A stretch of 63,769 nucleotides of DNA, filler included, from Nemertoderma westbladi (Eukaryota > Animalia > Xenacoelomorpha): assembly GCA_032718475.1 (NCBI GenBank). It is 3 parts of 3 records of this genome, joined end to end, with 100 filler letters (N's around TTAATTAATTAA, not from the genome) between each part and the next. Parts side by side here need not be neighbours in the genome. Positions count along the whole stretch, not along the records: positions 36,647 to 63,769 come from JAUCBJ010001774.1; 2 more parts are not named here. One strand, given 5' to 3'. Made by a program: the position numbers and the translations under genes. Shown here piece by piece: positions 52,506 through 63,769 of this stretch; the first letter of the stretch is position 1, and every line of letters begins with the position of its first letter. The notes beneath the pieces were generated by a model that was given only the letters and a program-made list of their open reading frames with translations, did no database searches and had not been told where the DNA came from.

Positions 52506-53538
52506 ACCAAAATGTCCTCATAAGTTATTATTTGTTACAGTAAAAAAAGTTTCAGTATCAATTATTGATTGACAAGCGCCGCAAAGGACGTACAATGTTC
52601 ATAACGCCAATATACAAATATATCGAGATTGCTATTGGTCTTGTTTACCAAGAGTAAATTCATTAATATTAATCTAATAGAGTAAACAGAACAACAAACT
52701 GCATTGCTGTATGCCCCAGTAAGTACCGGTTACAAGCAGTAATAGCTATCAATCGACACATCTAGGCACTTTAGTCAAGGGCTCTCGCATTGAGATTCCG
52801 GTGCAGTTTTATATTAACGATGTTGTCATACAGTAATACAGTACAAAATTATTTATTACTTGGGGAAAATTAGTGTAACTTTTTTTTCACAATTCTCGAG
52901 GTATTTTATTTACCAGTGAGGTTAGCAAAGGATCGAGATTATATTGAAAAAAATCATTGCATTGGGAAAAAAGTAAAAGCATTCCTATGGGTAACTTTTT
53001 TTTTCTTATAGGGGAGCCCTTATTCTCCATATGTTGGGGTATAATAGATCGGATTTTGTTGAAGTTAATTTAACGTTTTGTTTTAGAAAATAAATCTAAA
53101 CCGAGGAGTGAGGGCCCTTTTCCAAATGTCTGTGTGTAAGTGTGGATCAGAACCTATCATTATATACCTTTTATATGACTCACTACACCCACAAACACTG
53201 GCATTTGATGAGCGGCCCTTATATGGTATGATTGCATAGCTGTTGGCTGCGGTGGCCTTCGGTTCTGTTGCACGAAGGACCGAACCTATGTCACATTGGG
53301 AGAAACGCAACTCCAATAGTCTCATCATTTAGTAACACTACCTTCACTCGGCCGTGGCCAAGGACAATGGCAGCTTCGTGGATTACCAGAGAAGTCCACG
53401 AATAAACCGGTGTCTTTAACAGTTGCCACATAATTTATTATATTCGAGTTGATCGAATATTGCCAGTTTGGTTTTGTAGCTTTAGGTCACATAAATATTA
53501 CATTGTTTAAGCGATTCATAAAGTGTATCACAACCAAA

Positions 53539-54591
53539 ATGGCAGCGGAGATATCGATAAGGGAAGACGTTTACGGCGAGATAAATGGCGAACCGATAAC
53601 GAGATTTACATTGAGAAACACCAACTCCATGGAGATCAGCCTGATCAACTACGGGGCGCATCTAACCGCGGTCAAGGTCCCGGACAGACACGGGCAGTTG
53701 GAGGACGTTGTCCTGGGTTACGACGCGCTACGGGGGTACATGGACGACAGCCAATCGATAGGCTGCACGGTGGGCCGCGTCGCCGGGCGGATAGCCAATG
53801 GGAGGATGACGATCGACGGAAAGGAATACAAACTGCCGAGCAACCCGGACGGGAACCATCTGCACGGGGGTCCCAACGGCTTCGGTAAGCGGGTCTGGAC
53901 CGCCTCGACCAATCAGCGCGAGGGGACAGTGACCTTCGCGTACGCGAGTAGGGACGGCGAGGTCGGTTACCCCGGCGACCTGGTCTGTTCGGTCGCCTAC
54001 ACGCTGACCAATGAGAACGCGATACGTCTGGAATACCGCGCTATGACGACCAAAGCCTGCCCTGTTAATCTGACCAATCACAGCTACTTTAACCTCGCGG
54101 GTCACGCAGCCGGCGCCGATGCCCTGTTCGAACACGTGGTCTCCATCGCCGCGAGTACCTACACGCCGCTCGGCGCTGATTGGATACCCACAGGGGAGGT
54201 GGCCCCAGTGGCGGGCACCCTCTACGATCTACGGGTCGCTAAGCGACTAGGTGACGTCATACCCAAACTATCGGCCTCTAACGGTTTCGACGGGAACTTC
54301 TGCGTGGGCGGGCCGGATGGCCAAGTTCGCCCGGTCGCCAAGGTGGTTCACCCGGCCTCCGGGCGAGTCATGGTAACCCATAGCAACGCGCCGGGTCTCG
54401 TGTTCTACACCTCCAACATGCTGCCGACCACCAAGGGGAAACACGACGCCATCTACGGGAAGCACGCCGCATTGTGTTTAGAGACCCAACTCTATCCGGA
54501 TTCCGTAAACCACAGTAACTTTCCGGACAGCGTACTGCGTCCGGGACAGGTTTACAGCCAATCAACGGTCTACACGTTCTCTACTGAGTAA
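53539..54591 (+). CDS. GALM: Galactose mutarotase (aldose 1-epimerase), intronless, 350 aa, nested antisense in a Notch intron
   Basis: Motifs DVVLGYD, GRVAGRIA, HLHGG, GYPG, NLTNHSYFNL (catalytic His), CLETQ (catalytic Glu). ATG in aaaATGG context at 53539; intact to TAA. Confidence 0.96.
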   Translation: MAAEISIREDVYGEINGEPITRFTLRNTNSMEISLINYGAHLTAVKVPDRHGQLEDVVLGYDALRGYMDDSQSIGCTVGRVAGRIANGRMTIDGKEYKLPSNPDGNHLHGGPNGFGKRVWTASTNQREGTVTFAYASRDGEVGYPGDLVCSVAYTLTNENAIRLEYRAMTTKACPVNLTNHSYFNLAGHAAGADALFEHVVSIAASTYTPLGADWIPTGEVAPVAGTLYDLRVAKRLGDVIPKLSASNGFDGNFCVGGPDGQVRPVAKVVHPASGRVMVTHSNAPGLVFYTSNMLPTTKGKHDAIYGKHAALCLETQLYPDSVNHSNFPDSVLRPGQVYSQSTVYTFSTE

Positions 54592-54927
54592 CACAAACTA
54601 GAGAACTGTTTCAATATCGAATATAATTAAACCTAATACACGTAGAATAATCAGTCTACCTTTACAAAAGGTCAATCAATTACTCTTGTCATTCTTTTTA
54701 TATTAATAATTTATTTATTATTAGTGTATAGGTTGCTATGGTAACTCATTGTTTATGTGCGGTGACGGTGCGATAACAATAAATCTCAAATACTATCAAT
54801 ATTTCTATCAATCGGACGCCAATATTTACCAACACTGTGACTGCATCCACTATGTACTACTTCAGTGTGTCAATCATAGTAACAATGTGTTGGCAAGTTG
54901 TACTTGTCGAGGTGTTTGTTATTATAC

Positions 54928-55073
54928 ATTTATTATAGGAAGGGATCTAGGGGTCCTAAGTACGCATGTGATGGGATTAGTCCTACAATTGCGCCAATAA
55001 AAGATAAGTTATTTTCGGTAAAATAAACTTATCATTCGAGGTTAAGACCCCTAGATCCCTTCCTATAATAAAT
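54928..55073. mobile_element. Small hairpin MITE (~30-bp TIRs)
   Basis: atttattataggaagggatctaggggtc and gacccctagatcccttcctataataaat are perfect inverted repeats. Confidence 0.85.
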
Positions 55074-55265
55074 CAATCAATCATATTCGTCGCAGCGCCA
55101 AACACTATTTAGTTACATTGAAGGAAACATAAGTACTACATACAGTACGGAAAGCAGTGTGTGCCCCTAGCAAAATGTGTGTGAGAGAAATATTCTGTGT
55201 GCCCCTAGCAAAATGTGTGTGAGAGAAATATTCTAAGTTTTTCAAGATCACAGTCAATGAGTGTT

Positions 55266-56209
55266 GTGGGTGTTGTAACAAACTCCACCCAGACACTAAC
55301 CGGAAACTACCGTGGGTGTTGTAACAAACTCCACCCAGACACTAACCGGAAACTACCGTGGGTGTTGTAACAAACTCCACCCAGACACTAACCGGAAACT
55401 ACCGTGGGTGTTGTAACAAACTCCACCCAGACACTAACCGGAAACTACCGTGGCTGTTGTAACAAACTCCACCCAGACACTAACCGGAAACTACCGTGGG
55501 TGTTGTAACAAACTCCACCCAGACACTAACCGGAAACTACCGTGGCTGTTGTAACAAACTCCACCCAGACACTAACCGGAAACTACCGTGGGTGTTGTAA
55601 CAAACTCCACCCAGACACTAACCGGAAACTACCGTGGGTGTTGTAACAAACTCCACCCAGACACTAACCGGAAACTACCGTGGGTGTTGTAACAAACTCC
55701 ACCCAGACACTAACCGGAAACTACCGTGGGTGTTGTAACAAACTCCACCCAGACACTAACCGGAAACTACCGTGGCTGTTGTAACAAACTCCACCCAGAC
55801 ACTAACCGGAAACTACCGTGGGTGTTGTAACAAACTCCACCCAGACACTAACCGGAAACTACCGTGGCTGTTGTAACAAACTCCACCCAGACACTAACCG
55901 GAAACTACCGTGGGTGTTGTAACAAACTCCACCCAGACACTAACCGGAAACTACCGTGGGTGTTGTAACAAACTCCACCCAGACACTAACCCGAAACTAC
56001 CGTGGGTGTTGTAACAAACTCCACCCAGACACTAACCCGAAACTACCGTGGGTGTTGTAACAAACTCCACCCAGACACTAACCCGAAACTACCGTGGGTG
56101 TTGTAACAAACTCCACCCAGACACTAACCGGAAACTACCGTGGGTGTTGTAACAAACTCCACCCAGACACTAACCGGAAACTACCGTGGGTGTTGTAACA
56201 AACTCCACC
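55266..56209 (-). repeat. Tandem array, 46-bp unit = last 35 nt of a Notch exon + 5' splice site + intron start, ~20 copies
   Basis: Minus-strand unit GGTGGAGTTTGTTACAACACCCACGGTAGTTTCCG|GTTAGTGTCTG; period 46 (gtggg at 55266 and 55312). Confidence 0.96.
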
Positions 56210-56385
56210 ATTCTCACAGGGATCCTCCTCGCATTCATCCACATCGTCCCGGCACTCGTTGCCCTGGTAACCGGGGGCGCAGGTGCACAAGAAGGATTTG
56301 TTATCGTGCGTGTTGCGACATTGGGCGCCGTTGTAACAGGGGCCAGTGGTCTGTGCGCAGTGATCAACCAGTTCGCACACGTTAC
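56175..56385 (-). CDS. Notch: Notch exon, EGF repeats ~4-5, 211 nt, phase 1-2
   Basis: taattctag|GT...TTCCG|gttagt; (G)NVCELVDHCAQTTGPCYNGAQC...DDVDECEEDPCENGGVCYNTHGSF(R). Confidence 0.93.
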
Positions 56386-58057
56386 CTAGAATTAATGATT
56401 AACAATTAGTTAATTAATTTGTTCGACATGAGTAAACAATCATGTAACCCTTCTAGACTTGTCTCAACAACCGGCGAGAAAAAAGTGCCACTTGAAATCC
56501 CAACCTGACATCACATTTGGCGATGTAATTTCAAGATGGTAATAACTTAACCCGTAAACTCTAAGTAACCTAACAAACATGGCATTCCTATACCAAGGTT
56601 TATCGCTGAATCAACATTTGAACGAGTTCATCCTGATATCTCGTTTTCTGATAAGCCCAATAAATAAATATTCTAATAGCTGATAAAAAGTAATGTGTTG
56701 GTATTCCCCGCGCCTTCACTATCGGAATGTGTCTACGCCAGGTAAAGGCATGCTTGGCGCTTGGTAACCCCCCGGCGTGTAAAGTAACTGTAAGGATACC
56801 AAATGGACGGCCAGGCAGTTTGTTATATGGCGCTAAAACTATAACCAATGTTATTGCGTTGGCTATGTAGTGGTCATAAAATAAACCAAAACATATTGTT
56901 ATACTGTAGAACACACGCCACTGGCCTGACCATAAACCACAATATATGCGGTCAAACACACTCCTTGGTATCTGGGGGGGTTGTCATAGAGTATGCGATT
57001 AAAGCGATAAATCAGACTTGGCCGTGGATATATGTGGCTGGTGATACCAACAAATACCCCGTGGTGCCACAACTCCATGTGAGTCAGCAATATGGAATAG
57101 TAGTAGCCCAAGGCTAAGGATGGGGCAAGGAGTGGTTACTGGGGCGCGTGATTGACACAACTTCATTTATTCTTATACCCCATGGCTGCCAAAAACTAGA
57201 GTAAACATGTCCTAAGATGATACAATTCTATAAAATAATCAATGTTTTAATAAATTCCATGTCAAAACTGCGGCTCCACACAATTACAGACAAGAAACTA
57301 ACTTCAACAACATGAATGGTAATTTATAATTCTCTGGAGGTGAAAGTAAACCAGACAGACGAAATCAGACAGTTATCAATTAGAATGTGACAGTGGCTCG
57401 CTCTACAATCCTAACCAAAACAATAAACAAAAGTCAGTATAGTAAATCTAGCTACGTACAGATGGTTGGGTGAATTCTTCGCCCGCGAGTATTCTTAGCC
57501 AGCGGGTATTCTTAGCCCGCGAGTTTGTAAAGGAGCAGGTTAGTAAAGGAGCAGGTTTCAGAGGCGTATTGGGGGAACCAAAACAATAAACGTTATTGTT
57601 TTGAGGGCTAAGAATTCCTGAGACCGTACAGATTTGGGTTAAATTTATGGTGGTAGGTATAGCCGCTCCCCCGTCCATGGTGGGTCGTAGACAGAATCAA
57701 TAAAATATACAACAAAGGTTTGCTGCCAATTATTGAATCTTAAACAATTAATGTGCCGAGAAACCATTAGCTACATTTTTGTTTGCTAAGTGCACAAGGT
57801 GTCTGCTAAACGATTTACAGCCTTCACAATACCATACTGTAAGCAAAGCAAAGTTATTAACCATTATTATTATTAATCGTGATAAATTAATATCGAATTT
57901 GGAGTGAATTATTAATAAAGATATAAAGTTACATAAACTACCTCAACTAAAATAAAACAAAATCTTATTTATCTAAATAAATTGAAAGAAATATACAAAG
58001 TAAAGTGGGAATAATTACATACGATTATAATTAAATAAAAGAGTTTGCATTTCTTAC

Positions 58058-58320
58058 CTGTGTTTCCGTGTCTGCAGTCACACGTGTAAGTGTCCAACGA
58101 TGTCAACACACAGGTGCCACTGTTGCGACATGGTCGGGTCTGACACACGTTGCTGACCACCAACTCGCACAGACTAGAGGTGTAACCCAGCGGACACTGG
58201 CAGTGGAAGTCCGCGGATGTAGGGGTCAACTGTACCTGACATGTACCCCCATTCTGACACGGTTCTTTGGAACATTTATTGTCGTGTTGGCAAAATTCGC
58301 CAACAAACGCATCATCGCAG
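58058..58320 (-). CDS. Notch: Notch exon, EGF repeats ~1-3, 263 nt, phase 2-1
   Basis: gcttttcag|C...ACAG|gtaaga; CDDAFVGEFCQHDNKC..CQNGGTC..CQCPLGYTSSLCE..NVC..PCRNSGTC..YTCDC. Upstream exons not found in the window. Confidence 0.93.
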
Positions 58321-58423
58321 CTGAAAAGCAAAGAAACGAATGTGTTTGATAGATTAATATTTTAGGCGGCCCATGTGAAGAATACCAGACTTTCTGCCGT
58401 TATATTTCGCATTGCAGTTACCT

Positions 58424-58643
58424 CCATGTGAAGAATACCAGGTTTGCACCAAAAACACAGGTTACAGAAGGGCTGAATCTAACCAAAACAATAAACGAAT
58501 TAGTATATGTACAGGTTATAAGACAGAAATAAGCGCTATAAAACACTTAATAAAGATAAATTAAAAAAAATAAAAAATCTTCATATATAAAATTCCAATA
58601 AAAAGTCGACCGAAAAGTGAAATCCAGGTATTCTTCACATGGG
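58424..58643. mobile_element. MITE, cccatgtgaagaatacc family
   Basis: TIRs ccatgtgaagaatacc and ggtattcttcacatgg; an extra left TIR at ~58371. Confidence 0.82.
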
Positions 58644-60214
58644 CGATTTCTTTTAGGCACCGCAATAAACAACATAATTAAATCGAAATGCATTGCGGTT
58701 AAGTCACGAAATGACAGGTGCCAATTAATTTTAAATCGGTTGTAATTGAACTTATTGGTAATTTATTACTACTACCACGTCGTTAATAACGCGATCTACT
58801 TGAGCCAATATGAGTAATTGATACGCACTTCCTGTATGCAATGTGTACCTAATACTACACTACACTATACACGTCATCCTAGCCATAGTAGTATACGTCT
58901 GTCGGTAGCTAATGTAATAAATAGCCTGGACGCACACCGAAAGGCGTGGGAATTCTCTACTCCAATAGAAGTCTACGGTATATATTGTTGTACTCGCTAC
59001 AGGGCATCCATTAACAAAGGTTATTGTACGAGTAACTCCGTCCAATAGATAGGCGTACAAAGGCAATGATAACACAACCCTCTCCCATATAAATGAAATT
59101 AAAGTTATTTACGAGGAATGGGCCTCCCAGGGTTTATACGGAATTCCGTGTTCATTGTGCCTTTATGAGAAGTCCACACTCATCACACTTACAGACTCAA
59201 AAACAGAAACAGAATTTGCCTCGGAAGTTTTATAAAGTAGAACAAATGATAATCAAATGACCCATAATTCATATTTCGCGAGAAAGTGCTCGAACCACTT
59301 AGAAAATCAATAATTTTTAGGATATGGAGTGTGGTGGTTGACACACAAACTAGTAAGTAATGTATAATTTACCCCACGGCTATAAGAACTCATAGATAAT
59401 GGAAACACAACAATAAGGACACACACTCGCCCTTGTATAAGGTCCCCGCGGCAGGCAGGGCCCTCCGGTAACACACCACGTGGGCCTCACTAACTTACTG
59501 ACTCATTCCGTCACACGTTGAACCTACGCGCTCGTGTCTTATCTCCGCCACGGTTTTCCTGTTTGCTTAATTGGTAACTCTACGAGCCGTGGTAATCTAA
59601 TCAGGCCCCGGTATAGCCGTATAGCCCATTATTAGATTAGCAGCTGGCGACCTGGCCTTATACGGCGTAGTGCGACTCGAATCAAATATGGACTGCGCGG
59701 ACTACACCGACAATATAATAGAAAATAAACTACCTAAAAATAAACTCAGGAGATATGAAAAAGGAAACAATTGTAATAAAAACAAATTCAAACTTTAATT
59801 CCTAGCTTCGCTCAAATTTTTCCTTATGGAATCGATAATTGTATATTAATAATTAATGCAGTAACAATCTGGTGTCTCTCACTGGAGAAGTGGACCGGAC
59901 CCACTGACCGGACCCTATAAATAAATACAATATTGAAGCTTTATATTTGATTTATATTTTACTTGTGTATTATTGACCGGACCGTTATCACCAGAATTAA
60001 GTAACCTGCATATTCTCGTAACATGTGTTAAGTTTCGTTTATTGTTTTGGTTCCCCCAACACGCCTCTGTAACCTGCTTCTTTACTAAACTGCTCCTTCA
60101 ATAAATGGCAAAGGGTCCGGTCAACGGGTTCGGTCCATTGAGCAATGGGTCCGGTCAACTTGCTGCTTGAAGAAACGTTGACCTTTCTTCATAGGTATGG
60201 GAAGTAAAGACACT

Positions 60215-60482
60215 GTCGCAGTGTCCGAGTGGATACAGCGCCTGAACTGCTTACACAATAGTGTTTGGTGGCGCAGGTTCGAATCCGACTAAAGGCTGTA
60301 GAAATTTCGCATTGTTGTGTCCCTAGGCAAGACACTTTAGACATTAGTGCCTACGCCAACCCAGCGGTATAATGGGAACCTAGCTTTGCTGGGGTAATGA
60401 TAATAAAAGCGCTTTGAGTATACTGAGCGTAGAAAAGCGCTATATAAATAACCAATATTATTATTATTATTTATTATTATTA
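60215..60482 (+). mobile_element. tRNA-derived SINE with CORE-like centre and L2-like 3' tail
   Basis: A box GTGTCCGAGTGG, B box GGTTCGAATCC, tgtgtccctaggcaagacacttt, aaagcgctttgag..aaaagcgctatataaat, then (att)n. Confidence 0.8.
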
Positions 60483-61275
60483 ACTTTGGCCTTTGACACT
60501 ATATGGCGCATTTTGTTCCTCACGATGTGATCGGATCCTTTTCATTGATGCCCGGAATATCCGATAGGGGATCCGGACGGAATTTATAATTAATCCACAT
60601 CCGGTCGGATATTTTGTATATTAATATTAACTAAGTAAATATTAAATTAAATATATAATTTAAAACATAAAACAAAACTAAGCAAATTATTTTTAGTTTA
60701 AGATGCGGCGCGATATCCGGGAAAATTGTGCCACCACCCCGCCATGCAATCTACAACAATTGGCTTGTTGTGATGCATTGCGCATTAAGAATGCCAAGCC
60801 GGCATATCGACAAAATTGCGCCGCTACAACTCACAATCCCCCATGACTTTCGCGAGATTAACCGCACCTTCATATTATACAATAGCACCATGCACCAATG
60901 CTATATGGATCCAAAATAGATCCTAAATCCAATCGAATCACAACTCTATCAAGATTGGACCCAGACACCTGAGGTGCATCACAATGTCATATGGAGCCAT
61001 TAACAATCCTACACGGCTCTAATCACAATACTGCATGAAACCAACAGATTGTGGCGCACAGTGTGGCGCACAGTGTGGCGCACATTGGACAGCAATCGGA
61101 AAAAGTGATCCACGGCGCAAATTGGTACGGTAGCATATGAAATAAAGTTTGTTTGTTTATTAGAAAACACCACCAGTATAACCTACTCCTTGCCCTTAAT
61201 GTTTATATTGAATTCAGTTTTTAAAACAGCTATTAACTAACGCGTCGCATACCTATTACGTATCAATGATATTGA

Positions 61276-61850
61276 GATCCAAACTCAATTCAATATGGAT
61301 CCAAACTCAATTCAATAAGAATCCAAACTCAATTCAATATGGATCCAAACTCAATTCAATATGAATCCAAACTCAATTCAATATGGATCCAAACTCAATT
61401 CAATATGGATGGATCCAAACTCAATTCAATATGGATCCAAACTCAATTCAATATGGATCCAAACTCAATTCAATATGGATCCAAACTCAATTCAATATGG
61501 ATGGATCCAAACTCAATTCAATATGAATCCAAACTCAATTCAATATGGATCCAAACTCAATTCAATATGGATCCAAACTCAATTCAATATGAATCCAAAC
61601 TCAATTCAATATGGATCCAAACTCAATTCAATATGGATCCAAACTCAATTCAATATGGATCCAAACTCAATTCAATATGGATCCAAACTCAATTCAATAT
61701 GGATCCAAACTCAATTCAATATGGATCCAAACTCAATTCAATATGGATCCAAACTCAATTCAATATGGATCTAAACTCAATTCAATATGGATGGATCCAA
61801 ACTCAATTCAATATGGATGGGTCCAAACTCAATTCAATATGGATCCAAAC
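61276..61850. repeat. Tandem repeat, 22-bp unit atccaaactcaattcaatatgg, ~26 copies
   Basis: Direct reading. Confidence 0.97.
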
Positions 61851-63009
61851 GAAGTTATTACTATATATAGTTCGGAGTTCCTTAAGCTTACATATGAATA
61901 TGGCCCCAGGAACGGTCTGGGCACCGGGAAGTTATTACAAATAATACAATACAGTAGCTATCGGATAGCGCAAAAGTTGGCGACGATCTCAATCAATGCG
62001 CGATGCCAAAGTTATACTGAATTTCTATTCAACAGCAGTTCAACGCACTTTGAATAAAAGCAATATCACGGTTCCTGGAATAATACTGTGGGTTGGGCCC
62101 ACTAGTGTATGTCTGTTGTGTTTGTGGGTGAGTAGTGTACCGTACCGTAGATAGTAGGCCAACTCGGCAAATAAAATGTATGATAAATTAGAATAAAGTG
62201 AGTGAGTATACCAAATAAATAGAGAAGGACAATTAAACACCCGCTGATAAAAATACAGAAAGTTAAAATAAAACAGCTGAAACCGAAGGAAGATTAACTA
62301 ACCCTGGGGCCTTGGTTTGAAACAGGGACTATAAGAGAGGGGAAATTACTTAAAATAAATATAGAAAACCTCGTTTAGTCATTCGACAATATTATAAACC
62401 TCGTTTATTTACAATATTATATGTTGTAATAATATAATAGTAATTAATACCGGAATACTGTAACTCTCTCTATATTTGCTAGTGACACGTGTTAAACATA
62501 TAAACTCACTCGCAATATCCGATGTTGTTACGAAGTCGACACCTCCCGTTATTCCGACAAGGATTCGGGTAGCAGTTCGTTATCTCTGGAATAGTAATCA
62601 ACAAAAAATAAATTAGTTGTACCGGTACAGACAGACACCTTTCGTGCACCAAAAGCGCAAGCTATATTAGCGAACAATTATAATTACCGGTATCCATATC
62701 AATGGAAATGTTAGTTTCAATGTCGCGGCTGATTTTACTTTGTAATTTTGTTCATCTTCACTTATTTTAACCAAAACAATAAACTAAACACAATAGAACA
62801 GGTTACAGTTTTATTTTTGAGAGTAATCAGTTGTTGTTTGCGTCCAATTCCCCCCCCCCCCCCCTCAGCTTAATCTATAATGTAAACCAATGATGCTATA
62901 TTATTAACTTTCCGTTTCATCAATTTAAAAACATTGAAATCGGAATCTATATATAATCGGCCCGCTGCATTGAAGCTGCACATATAGAGATGCTATGATG
63001 GCTTAACAA

Positions 63010-63769
63010 AAATATTTTTGCCGCCGCCATGCAATGCATTGGCCTGCTGTGATTCGCGCGTATTAAGAATTTTATTTCGGCTTATCAACAAAATTGCACC
63101 GCCACAATTCCCTATCCCCCATGACTCTCGCGAGATTATCCGCATCTTCAAGGCCATCAGTATCAGTAGGCCTATCTGTTATTAAATAGCGTACACCTCA
63201 AGGAAGTCATACGCTGTCCACCAGCCCACCACCATGCTATTTTTTTCCAACAGAAGGGACTACCAAAGCACGTTGTGCACATTGTGCATTGCCCATTGTG
63301 CAGGATCGTACTCACGGCGAAAGCAATGTCCTGCAAAGCGGAGGCGGCTTTAATCTAGTGTCAAGCTTGGGGGAACCAATGAGACACCTCCAATTTTATA
63401 TAGTGTCTGGTTGGAGATGTGTGCATTGTACTTGACACAATGAACCCGGCGTAGCATTCTTGTGAATGTGCCATCCAGAGATTTGGTGTCCTCAGCAGTT
63501 AGAGCCCAGCATGGACTCCCATAGAGGAGTACTGGAACTACTGCTGCTCGAAATAATCGGACCTTAAGTTTCCGATTAATTCTCGGTGATTTCCAAAACC
63601 TGGAGAGCCTATTCAAGGCTGCCCATGCCTTTCCCTTACGTATTCGTAAGGGAACCTCACCTTACTTCCGGATCCCAGGTAACAGAAGTCGTCCAGAGAG
63701 AGTTTTAAAGTTAACTGTGATAATTTTGGTCGTCTTGAAGTTAACAAAAGACCAACACTAGAAGCAGCC
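63010..63769 (-). mobile_element. RTE-like LINE 3' fragment, same family as 25585-27257 (runs off the window)
   Basis: ORF 63350-63616 is nearly identical to part of 26408-27205 (WKSPRINRKLK..FRAAVVPVLLYGSPCW); degenerate 3' end at 63010-63150. Confidence 0.9.

Noticed and set aside
53539-54591. Bacterial horizontal transfer or contamination as the origin of GALM
   Set aside because: Animals have GALM, the base composition resembles the neighbouring Notch exons, and there is no operon context. A phylogeny would be needed to claim HGT.
58945-58952. Su(H)/CSL site CGTGGGAA in a Notch intron (autoregulation)
   Set aside because: A single 8-mer; the same word occurs at 21479 and (reverse) near 17549, consistent with chance.
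60215-60290. Possible tRNA gene (also 26340-26415 on the minus strand)
   Set aside because: A/B boxes are followed by SINE body and tail; no clean cloverleaf or terminator.
61339-62057. Repetitive MDPNSIQYGSKLNSIW ORFs
   Set aside because: 22-bp tandem repeat open in all frames; no coding signal.

Overview
Eukaryotic (metazoan, probably invertebrate) repeat-rich genomic DNA, not prokaryotic. Two 100-nt N-linkers carrying TTAATTAATTAA (18070-18169, 36547-36646) split it into three pieces whose adjacency cannot be trusted. Piece 1: a degenerate BEL/Pao-type LTR element (gag + protease, no RT/RNaseH/integrase core) fused tail-to-tail with a diverged truncated relative, bracketed by a ~330-bp inverted repeat; then a 3.2-kb terminal exon encoding a Roco protein (Roc GTPase-COR-two CARD-like domains). 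Piece 2: a two-exon MYCBPAP-like gene, a nested MITE>RTE LINE>tRNA-SINE insertion, a 2.8-kb 23-bp satellite and an internally deleted hAT transposon with intact TIRs and 8-bp TSD. Piece 3: five consecutive Notch exons (about EGF1-12, minus strand) whose introns hold satellites, MITEs, a nested antisense intronless galactose mutarotase gene, and about 20 tandem copies of a Notch exon end plus its 5' splice site. Best candidates for something new: the Roc-COR-CARD-CARD protein, the splice-donor array, and a short cassette shared by several unrelated MITE families. All domain calls are by-eye motif recognition; no searches were run.
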